Origin: an uncultured Candidatus Saccharibacteria bacterium
GTDB lineage: Bacteria > Patescibacteriota > Doudnabacteria > UBA920
Direction: 5' to 3'
Length of the DNA: 64,000 bases
Assembly: GCA_964532005.1 (NCBI GenBank)
Contig: CAZHER010000002.1
Span: 8,813-72,812 of the forward strand
Shown: positions 28,459 through 39,180 of the stretch, one piece after another
Numbering within the stretch: the stretch's first letter is position 1
Layout of the letters: every line of letters starts with the position of its first letter
Program-made: the position numbers and the translations under genes
Notes under the pieces: generated by a model
The model's database searches: none
Told to the model about the DNA's origin: nothing
What the model saw: only the letters and a program-made list of their open reading frames with translations

Positions 28459-30669
28459 TTATTCGTCCTCTATGCCATATTCAGCTTTCTCATCTTTCGG
28501 AACCACTCCATAAACTTCGCGCGGTTTAGCACCCTCACCGGGACCAATAATGCCATTGTCTTCCAGAATATCTAAAAGTCTGGCGGCGCGCGCATACCCT
28601 ATTCGCAATCTTCTTTGCAATAGAGAAGCGGAGGCTTTTCCAGCTCGCATAACTTCTTCTTTAGCGTCTTCGTATAAATCATCTTCTTCTTCGCTTCCCC
28701 CGCCAAGACCTGGTATCCCACCGTTTCGTTTTGGTTTCTCTACAATTTCTTCGTTGTAAATTACTGCGCCCGTTTGACCCTTAAAAAATTCAACAACCTT
28801 TTTAACTTCTTTCTCTCCGATAAATGCACCTTGTACACGGCGAGGCTTTGTAAATTCGGCTGACACGAAAAGCATGTCCCCGTTGCCCAAAAGTTTTTCT
28901 GCTCCGGATGAATCCAAAATTGTTCGGCTATCTATTTGGCTGGCAACTGCAAACGCAATGCGAGTAGTAATGTTTGCCTTTATCAGGCCAGTGATAATTT
29001 CAACGCTGGGACGCTGGGTGGCAAGAATTAAATGAATACCAACTGCTCGGGCCATTTGCGCCAACCGGACAATAGCTGATTCAACATCTGCTTGTGCAAC
29101 GGCCATCAAATCTGCAAGCTCATCAACTAAAATCATTATATAAGGCAAACGCAATTCATTATCGTCATTGTATTCAGAAATATTTCTTTTGCCCGCTTCT
29201 GCAAGTAGCTTATAGCGGCGGTCCATTTCCGACACTGCCCACTTCAACGCATTAACTGCTTTGTCACTTTCTGTGATTACCGGGGTTAGCAAGTGCGGGA
29301 TGCCATTGTATAAATTTAACTCAACTCTTTTCGGATCTACGACAATAAATTTAATGTCCTGCGGAGTGTTTCGGTATAACAAAGAAATAAACAAAGAGTT
29401 AATTGCAACGCTCTTACCGGTTCCGGTTGCCCCGGCTATAAGCAAGTGAGGCATTTTAGCCAGATCAGCAACCATTGGGCGACCTGCTACATCACGGCCC
29501 AAAGCCAAGGCCAATTTCCCTTTAAAATTAACAAAATCTGTAGTTTGCATCACTTCTCTGAGCCTTACCACGGCCGTAGATTTGTTGGGAATTTCAATTC
29601 CTACCAATGCTTTTCCGGGAATTGGCAATTCCATACGCAAAGAGTGGGCTGACAAAGCCAAAGCTAAATCGTTTTGCAATGCCGCAATCTGGGAAAGCTT
29701 GACCCCCATAGCCGGACGTAAAGTATATTGGGTTACAGTTGGTCCTACGTTGACCTCTCCCATCTCAACATCGATTCCAAAATCAGCCAAAGTCTTGCGA
29801 ATGATGGTGACATTATTTTCAATATTTCCTGAATCAACTTCTGTTTTGTTGTCATCTAACAAATCGAATGGCGGCAATTTCCAATCTCGTCGATCCTTCA
29901 ACTGAATTGCTTCTAAGTCAACACTGTCTTCAACTGGAGCTTTTACTTTAACCGGTTGAATTTTTGTTACTGTCATTTTAGCTTCTTCCGCTTTATCATT
30001 TTTACTGACAATCTCTTCTTCGACAAATTCCTCATCATCTTCGGTTTCTTCATCCGCGTCTTCCATAGAATTAATTGTCACCCTTTCACCATCTTTTTTT
30101 CGACGAATTAAATTTAGCAAATGAGAAGGAGCAATATTGAAAGTTACCAATACGCCAATGACGATCAGCCCTAACAGAATAAAAAGCCCAGCCCATATGC
30201 CCAGTAGAGAATGTAACGGTCCGGCCAAAACAGCTCCTAGAAAACCTCCGCCTCGCCCTTCTCCAGCAAGCCCAAAAGCGTCGGTGGTTTCGCTCATCAT
30301 TAACATATGAACAAAACCAGCAATGCTTGCAGACAAAAGTAAAGCACCTAGATATGTTCTTGCGTATTCATATTCTCCTGTTTCTTCATTTTGGTCTTGC
30401 TGAAAAATTGCCCAAGCAACTGTTATAAACAGTACCGGAATAAGGTAACCCATAAAACCAAAAAGCACAGCCAGTACATGGGCAATAGCTGTACCCAAGC
30501 TGCCTGCAACTCCTATCATGCTCAAACCCGTAACGCCGGCAAGAATTACAAAAACAATAATGGCAATTCCACGCTTTGTTTCTGATGCTAGATTTAATTC
30601 TGGTTTTGGTATTGAACTTAGGAAGCCGTCTCTATCTTTTTTTCGTGAATTTCTTTTATTTTTTGACAT
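28459..30669 (-). CDS. ftsK: DNA translocase FtsK/SpoIIIE
   Basis: It has N-terminal TM segments, the Walker A GATGTGKSVAINSLFISLL and a C-terminal gamma winged-helix (LLQRRLRIGYARAARLLDILE). Confidence 0.9.
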   Translation of the reverse strand: MSKNKRNSRKKDRDGFLSSIPKPELNLASETKRGIAIIVFVILAGVTGLSMIGVAGSLGTAIAHVLAVLFGFMGYLIPVLFITVAWAIFQQDQNEETGEYEYARTYLGALLLSASIAGFVHMLMMSETTDAFGLAGEGRGGGFLGAVLAGPLHSLLGIWAGLFILLGLIVIGVLVTFNIAPSHLLNLIRRKKDGERVTINSMEDADEETEDDEEFVEEEIVSKNDKAEEAKMTVTKIQPVKVKAPVEDSVDLEAIQLKDRRDWKLPPFDLLDDNKTEVDSGNIENNVTIIRKTLADFGIDVEMGEVNVGPTVTQYTLRPAMGVKLSQIAALQNDLALALSAHSLRMELPIPGKALVGIEIPNKSTAVVRLREVMQTTDFVNFKGKLALALGRDVAGRPMVADLAKMPHLLIAGATGTGKSVAINSLFISLLYRNTPQDIKFIVVDPKRVELNLYNGIPHLLTPVITESDKAVNALKWAVSEMDRRYKLLAEAGKRNISEYNDDNELRLPYIMILVDELADLMAVAQADVESAIVRLAQMARAVGIHLILATQRPSVEIITGLIKANITTRIAFAVASQIDSRTILDSSGAEKLLGNGDMLFVSAEFTKPRRVQGAFIGEKEVKKVVEFFKGQTGAVIYNEEIVEKPKRNGGIPGLGGGSEEEDDLYEDAKEEVMRAGKASASLLQRRLRIGYARAARLLDILEDNGIIGPGEGAKPREVYGVVPKDEKAEYGIEDE

Positions 30670-30714
30670 GAATATGGTAAAAAATCAGTTGCAAAATCAG
30701 ATGAATTATACCAT

Positions 30715-32706
30715 TTATTTGAGTTTATATATAGATAGACGGCTGGAGTAATCAGAGCCTTCAGCAGCTTGGCTTTGATATGCCTGATTTAGTCCTGTGC
30801 CACCTAAGGTTTTCTCCAAATCAGGATACTTTGCCCGTAAAAACCGATCAACCAAGAGATAATCGGCTGGCAAACCGTCTAAATGGCTCCGATCACCATC
30901 TGATAAAAATTTCTCCACTTTATTCAACCGCTCAGTACAGTCGATGCCATGGGTGTACAACCACAAAACATAACCAATAGTTGCGCGGCGGCTTGAACCG
31001 ATTACAACCGAGTTCAACAAAGTTTCACGATGAGGAATTACAGCTGAAGTTATGAATGCCGCATCTTCAGTAGTATTTTTTTTCACCCAAGAAATTGCGT
31101 TTTGTTCTTCCGGACTAAACATTGTTAAAGTGTCATGAAAATCTTGAGTAACCATATATCTTAACTTCAGACTGGGAATATATAGCGCCCCTATAACAGA
31201 CGCAAATAACAAAACCATGGCGCCCGTGCGTACCGGCCGAAGCTTTAAAGATTTTACTGCCAAAGCCGCAGCTATAGCAGAAAACATTACTGCATAGACA
31301 AACAGTTTGTTGTTATCGTAATCCCAAATTTGGAACTGAATAAGATTCGGGACAACCCAAAACGCCAGTGCGGTTATGGCGACCAACCAAAACACCTCAC
31401 CCATTTTTTTCTTAAAGCCAGAGAAAATCAGAAGTGGTAACAGCAACAATGATCCAAAATTATACAAGGCATACGTAAGCCACGGTCCGAGCTTAGAAGC
31501 TTCGGGAGATGGGAGTTTCAAACCGCCCACTCCGTTCGGATCTGACATCCAGCCCAAACGAAAAGCAGGCACCCCTCCCAACACTTCTTTTGGCAGTAAA
31601 AACATGCAGATCACCGGCACGATTGCAGTAAACACACCATAGAACAGCACGCCCCGCACCAGACCATAAAACAACATATCACCCCGCGCGAAATATCTCA
31701 CTATATAATAGAGCAAAACTATTCCATAGAATACAGCGCCGGCAATAAAAGTATGCGCATGGGCCAATGGAAGCAAACCGAATAGAAATCCTGCCCACTT
31801 AAACCCATTAATATCATCGTCTTTCAGTCCCCGGAAAAATGCCACCAGAGAAAACATTAACAAAGTCATTCCCAAAGCAAATGCCCGTTGGTTGACATAG
31901 TACCCTGCAATTAAACCGATATAATTTACGTGCTGATGAGGGTAAGCAACTCCAGCAGCCCCTGCATTAAAATCATAGCCCAGCAAATAAGCCATTCCAC
32001 TTCCAAAAAAAGCACCAGCAATAACCAAAATTGTGTGGACTTTACCCAGCCCCAACTGGCGGCACAACAACATTAACCCGAACAAAAGAGGGATAATAAG
32101 CATGATCATGGGCAAATGGTAGGCAAAAACCAGCGGAGCACCAAGCCTCAGCAAATATCCAGAAAAAGCATTGATCAAAAAAGGGTAGCGAATAAACTCA
32201 CCTGCATAACTAGGCTCTTCAAAATTCCAATTTTCCGTTCCACCAACACGTAGGATCTGTGACAAATGGTACACAATATCGCCGGACTCTTTTTCTGGAA
32301 TCTGAATACTTCCTGAATCTGCTCCTGGTTGTACAGTACTAATAACCAAGAAAACCATAAACCCACCGAGAACCAAAATCAAACCAGCATACCAAACTTT
32401 ACTGCCAACACTGAATTCCCCTACTGGCCAGGCTGGCCACAATGGTCGCGCTGAACGAAAACATACTCCAGCAATAAAAACCAAAACTGCAATGGCGACC
32501 CATGTTGAAATGCCTTGAGGCAAAAACACTGCGCCGGCAGAAGAAAGCAGTCCTGTCGTCGCTATGGCCATTGGCACGGATACGGCTAACATTTCCGCTC
32601 CGGACCGGAAAACTTTTTCTCCCAAACGCCTCACTATGACATAGCAAGACAGTATAGTTAAAATTAGAAATAAAACGCTTAACATATAAATAATCATATC
32701 ATACAT
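30715..32706 (-). CDS. large polytopic membrane protein (663 aa), possibly a GT-C-type or YfhO-like glycosylation protein
   Basis: It has about 14 TM segments and a C-terminal soluble domain. No motif was recognised. Confidence 0.35.
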   Translation of the reverse strand: MYDMIIYMLSVLFLILTILSCYVIVRRLGEKVFRSGAEMLAVSVPMAIATTGLLSSAGAVFLPQGISTWVAIAVLVFIAGVCFRSARPLWPAWPVGEFSVGSKVWYAGLILVLGGFMVFLVISTVQPGADSGSIQIPEKESGDIVYHLSQILRVGGTENWNFEEPSYAGEFIRYPFLINAFSGYLLRLGAPLVFAYHLPMIMLIIPLLFGLMLLCRQLGLGKVHTILVIAGAFFGSGMAYLLGYDFNAGAAGVAYPHQHVNYIGLIAGYYVNQRAFALGMTLLMFSLVAFFRGLKDDDINGFKWAGFLFGLLPLAHAHTFIAGAVFYGIVLLYYIVRYFARGDMLFYGLVRGVLFYGVFTAIVPVICMFLLPKEVLGGVPAFRLGWMSDPNGVGGLKLPSPEASKLGPWLTYALYNFGSLLLLPLLIFSGFKKKMGEVFWLVAITALAFWVVPNLIQFQIWDYDNNKLFVYAVMFSAIAAALAVKSLKLRPVRTGAMVLLFASVIGALYIPSLKLRYMVTQDFHDTLTMFSPEEQNAISWVKKNTTEDAAFITSAVIPHRETLLNSVVIGSSRRATIGYVLWLYTHGIDCTERLNKVEKFLSDGDRSHLDGLPADYLLVDRFLRAKYPDLEKTLGGTGLNQAYQSQAAEGSDYSSRLSIYKLK

Positions 32707-32786
32707 AAAGCTTTCTAACCCAAAACCACTTCTTCAAAATAAAAAGTCCTGCCGGCATAGCAGGACTTAAATATTTAACATTGGAA

Positions 32787-33407
32787 TTACAAACCTTTGA
32801 CCTTAACTTTCTTGGTTTTAGCTTTGGCAGCTTTTGGAATAATAATAGTTAAAATTCCATCTTTCAAATCTGCTTCAATATGTTCGCTGTCTATATCTAC
32901 AGGAACAATAACGCTTCGAGTAAAACTTCCCCAATAACATTCCTGATAAAAATAATCGTCCTGGTCTATTTTTTCTTCTTTTGTTCGTTCGCCTTTAATG
33001 CTCACCATATCATTGGCAACAGTAATGTCAATGTCTTCGGGACGAACTCCGGCGATTGTTGATTTAATAATGACATTGTCTTTGGTTTGGTACATGTCAA
33101 TGTTCAAAGCGCCTTCGTAGTCGCTCATCCAGTCTTCTTCTTTTTGATTGGTTTCTTCGGCTGGCTCTATTTCTGTTTCATCCTCATATTCTTCTTGATT
33201 CTCCCCGGACTCTTGTTCAGTTTCTTGTCCGTCATAGTCTTCATCATCCTCATATTCTTCTTCGTCCACCTCCACTAGCTCTTCAACATCGTCCAACTCG
33301 TCTTCCATTTCGTTTCCTGGACGTAGCAAATCGTTATCTTCTTCTCCAGTAACGTCGCCACCCATGATTTTTCCAAAAAATGATTTTTCTTTCTTAGGCA
33401 TAAGCAA
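32787..33407 (-). CDS. Hsp20/alpha-crystallin small heat-shock protein with a highly acidic ~100-aa N-terminal extension
   Basis: The C-terminal ACD reads VIIKSTIAGVRPEDIDITVANDMVSIKGER...GILTIIIPK. The N-terminal region is Glu/Asp-rich. Confidence 0.8.
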   Translation of the reverse strand: MLMPKKEKSFFGKIMGGDVTGEEDNDLLRPGNEMEDELDDVEELVEVDEEEYEDDEDYDGQETEQESGENQEEYEDETEIEPAEETNQKEEDWMSDYEGALNIDMYQTKDNVIIKSTIAGVRPEDIDITVANDMVSIKGERTKEEKIDQDDYFYQECYWGSFTRSVIVPVDIDSEHIEADLKDGILTIIIPKAAKAKTKKVKVKGL

Positions 33408-33487
33408 ATATTAATCGTAAATTCATACTAAGGGAAAAATCAAACCCCGTCAAACCTTGTGAAACATAAAATTTGGCTTATTCTGGG

Positions 33488-34615
33488 CTATTTTAAAAGC
33501 TGTGAAACAGCCTGAATTATGGCTTGTCCAAGCCGGTTTTCCTGAACCAGCTGTTTTCGGACACTATTTTGAGATAAAGAATTTTTAAAGTTCTGGGAGA
33601 TAAGCTCCTCAGATGCAATAACGGCCAATTGATCGTGTTTCACACCAAGACCTTCGGACATTATAAGCTTGTTTTGCTTAAGATAGTAATAGTTAAGCTC
33701 CTCTTGCCCTGGGAGCCAGTGAGTAATGAGCAAAGGAATACCCCAAGCCAGACTTTCTGCTACCGAAAGACCTCCGGGCTTGGTAATGAAAATATTGGCA
33801 ATGGAGTAGAGCTCTGCCATGGGCGCATAATAACCAAAAACCAAAGCTCTAGTTTGCTTTACCAACGGAGTTAACTGAGCAAGCAACTGAGTATTTTTCC
33901 CGGTAACAATAATGACTCTAGCATGAGGATTTTTTTGTTCCAATGAATTTATAAAAACAAGAAGCTTCTGCGGTGACATCCCTGTACCCAAAGAACCGCT
34001 AGCCATTAGCACAACTTGGTCTGTAGGCGAGAGTGAAAGCTTTTGCCTCACAGCTTGAGTGTCTATTTCCGGTAAAGGCCGGAGAGTCATCCCAGCTACG
34101 ACAATTTTTTTTTCGGGGATCCCCTGCTGGATCATTTCTGTTTTTTGCTCTTCTATGTTTGCTAAATACAAATCAGCTTGGTCGTACAGCCAATACGGAT
34201 GCAAGTGGTAGTCGCTGAACGCGATGGCGAATTTATTTTTATAAACTCCTTGTTCCTTCAAATAGCTAACAATGGCCGAACCTGTAGTTTGTGTAGCAAT
34301 AACTAAGTCTGGGTTGAAATCAGCAATAGCTTTGGCAGCACGCTCTGAATTTTTTGCTGCCAGAGGAATGCGCCAGCGTAAGGTAAGTTTGTTAAACCCT
34401 TTGCTATTGTACAAAAATTTCCAAATGAATGGAAAATATTTATTAACTAACTGATGCAGCCATGTACCAAAGTCCACCAAAAAACCTGACTGTACTTCTA
34501 GTATGTCGGAAAGGCGAACTTCAAATCCGGCTTTGGTTAAATGGTAACCAATATTTTCGGCAATGATTTTGTGACCGAGTCCAACTGATGTATAAAAAAT
34601 GAGAATGCGTTTCAT
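33488..34615 (-). CDS. GT28-family diacylglycerol glycosyltransferase (UgtP/MGDG-synthase-like); start trimmed to MKRILIF to avoid the tRNA-Ser overlap
   Basis: It carries MKRILIFYTSVGLGHKIIAENIG and KPGGLSVAESLAWGIPLL, typical of MurG/UgtP-type GT-B enzymes. Confidence 0.6.
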   Translation of the reverse strand: MKRILIFYTSVGLGHKIIAENIGYHLTKAGFEVRLSDILEVQSGFLVDFGTWLHQLVNKYFPFIWKFLYNSKGFNKLTLRWRIPLAAKNSERAAKAIADFNPDLVIATQTTGSAIVSYLKEQGVYKNKFAIAFSDYHLHPYWLYDQADLYLANIEEQKTEMIQQGIPEKKIVVAGMTLRPLPEIDTQAVRQKLSLSPTDQVVLMASGSLGTGMSPQKLLVFINSLEQKNPHARVIIVTGKNTQLLAQLTPLVKQTRALVFGYYAPMAELYSIANIFITKPGGLSVAESLAWGIPLLITHWLPGQEELNYYYLKQNKLIMSEGLGVKHDQLAVIASEELISQNFKNSLSQNSVRKQLVQENRLGQAIIQAVSQLLK

Positions 34616-34646
34616 TTGCTGATAAGCTAAACATCTTATTCTTGAA

Positions 34647-34738
34647 TGGCGGAGAGGAAGGGATTCGAACCCTTGTGCCCCTTGACGGAGCAAACGCTTT
34701 TCGAGAGCGTCCCGTTATGACCACTTCGGTACCTCTCC
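34647..34738 (-). tRNA. tRNA-Ser (anticodon CGA), long variable arm, CCA encoded
   Basis: The reverse complement GGAGAGGTACCGAAGTGGTCATAACGGGACGCTCTCGAAAAGCGTTTGCTCCGTCAAGGGGCACAAGGGTTCGAATCCCTTCCTCTCCGCCA has anticodon loop CTCGAAA. Confidence 0.85.
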
Positions 34739-34743
34739 GTGGT

Positions 34744-35397
34744 TTATATATTATAGTGAATAAAGGTTTTGCGGTGAAGCCCTGGAACTATACCATACTT
34801 TTGTATCATCTCCCTGTGCATTTTAGTAGCATAGCCCTTGTGAACATCCAAGCCGTATTTGGGAAACTGCTCGTGCAACTGTTTCATAAAACGATCTCTG
34901 TGGGTTTTGGCAAGAATAGAAGCTGCCGCAATAGACAACACTTTACTGTCCCCCCCAACAACTGCTTCCTGTACAAAACTTTTATTCAATTCTGCAATTA
35001 TAAACTTGCCATCCACAGCAACAACAGTTTCATGTGAAATCTTTTTTTGCATTTTATTTTCTAAATCCTCAACAGATTTTTTCATTGCCAACAAGCTGGC
35101 GTTGTGAATGTTTATTTCATCAACAACAATAGCATCAACCAAGCCAATACCAAACCCAATTGCATTTTCTTTAATTTGTTCTTCCAATATGAAACGTTTC
35201 CCAGGGCTCAATTTTTTACTGTCATTTATTTCAGCATACAAGCTTTCTCCACTATTTGCGCGGACCACATCTAAAATTACCGATGCAGCAACCACAGGCC
35301 CTGCCAAGCACCCACGACCAGCTTCATCACACCCAATAACATAGCTAAAACCTTGGGCAATTTTTTGATTCTCTAAAAAAATGTTGGGAAAATTCAT
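34744..35397 (-). CDS. rnhB: ribonuclease HII
   Basis: It carries VIGCDEAGRGCLAGPVVAASVIL. Confidence 0.9.
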   Translation of the reverse strand: MNFPNIFLENQKIAQGFSYVIGCDEAGRGCLAGPVVAASVILDVVRANSGESLYAEINDSKKLSPGKRFILEEQIKENAIGFGIGLVDAIVVDEINIHNASLLAMKKSVEDLENKMQKKISHETVVAVDGKFIIAELNKSFVQEAVVGGDSKVLSIAAASILAKTHRDRFMKQLHEQFPKYGLDVHKGYATKMHREMIQKYGIVPGLHRKTFIHYNI

Positions 35398-35473
35398 GCG
35401 TGAAACTTTAACAATGTTCCATCAATTAAAAATGGCAGCCCAAATGCAAGGACTGCCACTTAAAAATCATAAT

Positions 35474-35851
35474 TTACATGCTCTTACGTTCAATCTGTAA
35501 CCCCAATTCGTTGCGAGCCAAATCTACGGCTGTCTGTTTCAAATCTTTATTGGTATTCAAAACACCAGTTGCAGGCATCATTCCTTCCAAATAGGCATCA
35601 ATACGGGTAGGGTCTTCCTTTAGAAAATCTTTATTATTTTCTACATACTCCCCAAAAGTCTCAAAAGCTGTTTCTAATTCTTTCATTTTAAACTGTTCAC
35701 CATCTACAGAAACAATCTGCTCTGGATTAGAAGTTTTGTGAAACTTTAATTCCTTCAACAATTCTTTAAAATATTTACTGCTGTCTAGGGCATCGGTAAC
35801 GTCTGCTATCTCATCTCTGCCCATGTCAGGACTAGATTCATTAAAAGCCAT
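35474..35851 (-). CDS. hypothetical acidic protein (125 aa)
   Basis: An ORF with no recognisable motif. Confidence 0.3.
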   Translation of the reverse strand: MAFNESSPDMGRDEIADVTDALDSSKYFKELLKELKFHKTSNPEQIVSVDGEQFKMKELETAFETFGEYVENNKDFLKEDPTRIDAYLEGMMPATGVLNTNKDLKQTAVDLARNELGLQIERKSM

Positions 35852-35897
35852 ATATTTATTTTATTAATTCTTTAACTTAATTTTATCTTAGCAAACT

Positions 35898-36149
35898 TTA
35901 TCCAACTAAGTCTAACCATGGTTTCACAGCTGTTCCATAATCGTCCCCGCGATTTTGGGCCTGTTCTAAAGCTTTTACAACCTCACCTAACCTTACCTTA
36001 TGGTCGCCAATGCGGACTTTTGTTCCTTCGCCATCATCCTCACGCCCTAAGTCGTGTAAAAGCTCTTCAAAACTATCGTTTGATTCAAGCATATAGGTAA
36101 TATCGGTGATTTCATCATCTGGGAATTCCCCATCCGCAATATACGACAT
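35898..36149 (-). CDS. hypothetical acidic protein (83 aa)
   Basis: An ORF with no recognisable motif. Confidence 0.3.
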   Translation of the reverse strand: MSYIADGEFPDDEITDITYMLESNDSFEELLHDLGREDDGEGTKVRIGDHKVRLGEVVKALEQAQNRGDDYGTAVKPWLDLVG

Positions 36150-36191
36150 AAATTTAATTTAAAACTTTATTAAAGATTATATAAAAATTAT

Positions 36192-37118
36192 TTAAGCTGT
36201 TTCTAAAGTTTGGGTAATTGCTCGCTTGGATTTTAAGAAAAACCACCCAATAACAACAAAAGTAGATAACGGTGATACCCATGCCGGAATATGCATTCCA
36301 AAAGCGTCCAAAATCATTATTCCCCCCAACACCAAAACTGAATACATAGCACCATTTTTTAAGAAAATATATTTCTTCACCCTCTCTATATTACTAACAG
36401 TTAATTGCCGCACCATAATAGCCCCGAGCCCGTTGCCTGCAATTATGAGCGGCACTGACAATGTAAAAGCAAAAGCTCCCAACACGCCGTCTATGGAGAA
36501 CGTAGTATCAATAACTTCAAGATAAAGAATTTTACTGACATCGGACATCCTCCCACCAAGCATTTCTGCTTCTTTCTTTTCCGCATTCTCCTTAAACCCG
36601 TGGGTAATAAAAAATGCAGTTGAGCCTACTACAATACTAAATGCCATAAGCGGATTCACCTTAATAGCAGACCACACCAAAATTGTAAGCAAAATAGAAA
36701 CCACAGCGTAAAACCATACGCCCTGAGAATGTATAAATTTTTCACCGGGTAAACCAAAATTCTTTGGTTCTAAAAACAGCCAATGAAAAAATAGAAAAAC
36801 TAAAAATGTTCCGCCGCCAGCAAGCAAAATTGGCGAAGCCGCATGCAAAGCTTCTATCACGTGAGGATCACTACTAAAAGTTGCTGTCAAAGCTCCTACC
36901 GGTCCTAGCTCTGGCAAAGATACCCAAATAATTAACCAAGGCAAAACACCCCTAACAACAAAAACTGCAAACAATATCCCCCACAGTAAAAACCAACGCC
37001 GAGCTCGTGCACTCATTGTCCGAAGAACTTCAGCATTTATAACAGCATTATCTACGCTACTAATAGTTTCGAATAAGGCTAATCCGGAAATAGTAAAAAT
37101 CCAAGAGAGAATTTGCAT
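36192..37118 (-). CDS. TerC/DUF475-family integral membrane protein
   Basis: It carries ALFETISSVDNAVINAEVL (the TerC-type ExxLSxDN motif) and multiple TM segments. Confidence 0.55.
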   Translation of the reverse strand: MQILSWIFTISGLALFETISSVDNAVINAEVLRTMSARARRWFLLWGILFAVFVVRGVLPWLIIWVSLPELGPVGALTATFSSDPHVIEALHAASPILLAGGGTFLVFLFFHWLFLEPKNFGLPGEKFIHSQGVWFYAVVSILLTILVWSAIKVNPLMAFSIVVGSTAFFITHGFKENAEKKEAEMLGGRMSDVSKILYLEVIDTTFSIDGVLGAFAFTLSVPLIIAGNGLGAIMVRQLTVSNIERVKKYIFLKNGAMYSVLVLGGIMILDAFGMHIPAWVSPLSTFVVIGWFFLKSKRAITQTLETA

Positions 37119-37252
37119 AAACCTATTTTAACATAAAAAAAATTACAATATTATTATCAATGCTTTAGAAAAAATTTAACTTTCCCTGAACTCCCCTACT
37201 ATATATTACATTCATAACAATAAACCACATCGAATACAGATGAGGTTTATTG

Positions 37253-37326
37253 TGGTGGACCCACGGAGAATCGAACTCCGAACTCATCCATGCCATGGAC
37301 GCGTATTACCACTATACTATGGGCCC
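37253..37326 (-). tRNA. tRNA-Ala (anticodon GGC), G3:U70 present, CCA encoded
   Basis: The reverse complement is GGGCCCATAGTATAGTGGTAATACGCGTCCATGGCATGGATGAGTTCGGAGTTCGATTCTCCGTGGGTCCACCA. Confidence 0.75.
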
Positions 37327-37363
37327 TGATATTCAATTTTTAGACATTCCTGAAAATTTTATC

Positions 37364-37630
37364 TTATTCTTTTACTTGTGGCAACTGACTTTGTTGCGCA
37401 CTTTGTAATGTTTCTTGAAGCTGTTCTACTTTGTTGCGCATTGCTGGAATAATACCAATTACATTTAGAACCCAACCAATAATTAACAATGCAAGAAAAG
37501 CACCTATTACCGAACCAAACCCTGTAAGCAACCCCCTAAAAAAAGCCCAAAAATTACCCCCCAATTTATCTGAAACTTCTGTAATTTCTGCTTGAATGTT
37601 TTGTAGTTGGTGTTTGAGATCTGGTTCCAT
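37364..37630 (-). CDS. small membrane protein, hypothetical (88 aa)
   Basis: It has one central TM segment and Gln-rich termini. Confidence 0.35.
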   Translation of the reverse strand: MEPDLKHQLQNIQAEITEVSDKLGGNFWAFFRGLLTGFGSVIGAFLALLIIGWVLNVIGIIPAMRNKVEQLQETLQSAQQSQLPQVKE

Positions 37631-37647
37631 AGTTTTTTATTAATTTT

Positions 37648-37722
37648 TGGTCCCTTTGGAGGGAATCGAACCCCCATCTCTCCCTTAGGACGGGATAGCT
37701 CTATCCATTGAGCTACAAAGGG
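37648..37722 (-). tRNA. tRNA-Arg (anticodon CCT), CCA encoded
   Basis: The reverse complement CCCTTTGTAGCTCAATGGATAGAGCTATCCCGTCCTAAGGGAGAGATGGGGGTTCGATTCCCTCCAAAGGGACCA has anticodon loop GTCCTAA. Confidence 0.7.
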
Positions 37723-37811
37723 GTAATTGATGTTTATACTAAGAAAATTATACCATATTTGCCAAATTACCGTATAATGCATATATAGGTACCAAAATTT
37801 ACAGAAATAAA

Positions 37812-39155
37812 ATGAAAATTGTAGAAAGTGTGAAAAATTATCAATCTATTGTTTCACGTGAAACCTTAATGATCATATTGGGCTCTTTATTGATTTTTAC
37901 AATATTTTTCCCAGTAAGATATGTATTTTATACAAATTTGTCTTATTATACCGGCGCATACTCAGATTTTACCTCATTTTCCTTATATATAAGCGATATT
38001 ATTATTCTTATTTTCTTTTTTTTCAACTGGAAACGTTTCTATGAAAACAATATTGTTTATTTTTTAGTAATTCTCGGATCTTGGCTAGCTCTAACGGTAA
38101 TGCGTTCCACGGGAAACACATCCTTGGAACTATACTTTTTATTTAAATTTTATGAGCTCTTTGTGGTTTTTTTGTTCTTTTCCGATATAAGACACTTAAG
38201 AAAAGGGGGTAAGATTATGCTTTGGACCTATTTAGGGCTATTAATATCACAAATTCTCATAAGTTTTTACCAGTTTTTTGCCCAAAAATCAGTAGGCTTG
38301 TATTTCTTTGGGGAGTCTCCTATAGGACAACTCCTTCCGGGAGTAGCTAGAATTGTTTCTCATGAAACAACTTTAGTTAGAGCTTATGGTACTTTTCCTC
38401 ACCCGAATATATTTTCAGCATTCTTAATGGTGGGTGTTATGCTAATTGCATGGCAAATATTGGTTAGTTTAAGCCAGAAAAGATTAATTTTCTTATATTC
38501 GCTGTTATTTGCCACCATTACAACTACAATTTTGACTTTTTCCAGGGCAGGGTGGCTTGGAACTGTGGTTGCACTGGCAACAATGGGAATTATCTATTTA
38601 GCTAAAAACGGCATAACTAAGAGGGGAATTCATTTTTCCATAGCCATTGTTGTCATTGTATCAATAAACATTGGAATATTTCACCAATTTCTAGCTTCTA
38701 GAACTACAATTACTGACGCAGCGATTCACGAAAGAATTTTCTACAACAAAATTGGGTTGGAAATGATTAAGGATCATCCGATTTCTGGATTGGGGATAGG
38801 CTCAAGTGTGTTGCACATGAAACAATATGCCGGTATTGAATTAAAACCTTGGGAAATACAGCCTATACATAATTACTATTTACTTACAGCAGCAGAAACT
38901 GGGTTAGTAGGATTTGTCTTGTTAATTGGATTTTTTTTGTATTTAACCTTAAATTTGATAAGAAAAATACTAAAGAGTCATGACCCCGTTGTATATATGA
39001 GAAGAATGTTTCTAGCCAGCATACTGTTTGGATTTTTCAGCATTATGCTATTTGATCATTATTTTTATACATTACAGTCGCCGCAAATAATCTTTTGGAT
39101 TATTCTTGGGTTAATTTATGCCGAATTAAAAAGAAAAGACGAAGTTTACTTATAA
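37812..39155 (+). CDS. O-antigen ligase/polymerase (Wzy_C)-like polytopic membrane protein
   Basis: It has about 12 TM segments and a central loop with the Wzy_C-like pattern (TFSRAGWLG...). Confidence 0.5.
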   Translation: MKIVESVKNYQSIVSRETLMIILGSLLIFTIFFPVRYVFYTNLSYYTGAYSDFTSFSLYISDIIILIFFFFNWKRFYENNIVYFLVILGSWLALTVMRSTGNTSLELYFLFKFYELFVVFLFFSDIRHLRKGGKIMLWTYLGLLISQILISFYQFFAQKSVGLYFFGESPIGQLLPGVARIVSHETTLVRAYGTFPHPNIFSAFLMVGVMLIAWQILVSLSQKRLIFLYSLLFATITTTILTFSRAGWLGTVVALATMGIIYLAKNGITKRGIHFSIAIVVIVSINIGIFHQFLASRTTITDAAIHERIFYNKIGLEMIKDHPISGLGIGSSVLHMKQYAGIELKPWEIQPIHNYYLLTAAETGLVGFVLLIGFFLYLTLNLIRKILKSHDPVVYMRRMFLASILFGFFSIMLFDHYFYTLQSPQIIFWIILGLIYAELKRKDEVYL

Positions 39156-39180
39156 CTTCGTCTTTATCAAAAATCTTGTC

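Noticed and set aside
33488-34693. Full-length ORF of the GT28 glycosyltransferase starting at MLRQGAQG...
   Set aside because: The 5' 78 nt overlap tRNA-Ser(CGA) at 34647-34738. I trimmed the start to the internal MKRILIF (34615), which is also where homologs begin.
37221-37251. Hairpin caataaacc...ggtttattg just downstream of tRNA-Ala
   Set aside because: It has no T-run and is likely a tRNA 3'-processing structure. Confidence was too low to annotate.
37507-37782. 91-aa minus-strand ORF
   Set aside because: It overlaps tRNA-Arg(CCT) and the 88-aa membrane protein gene, so it is spurious.
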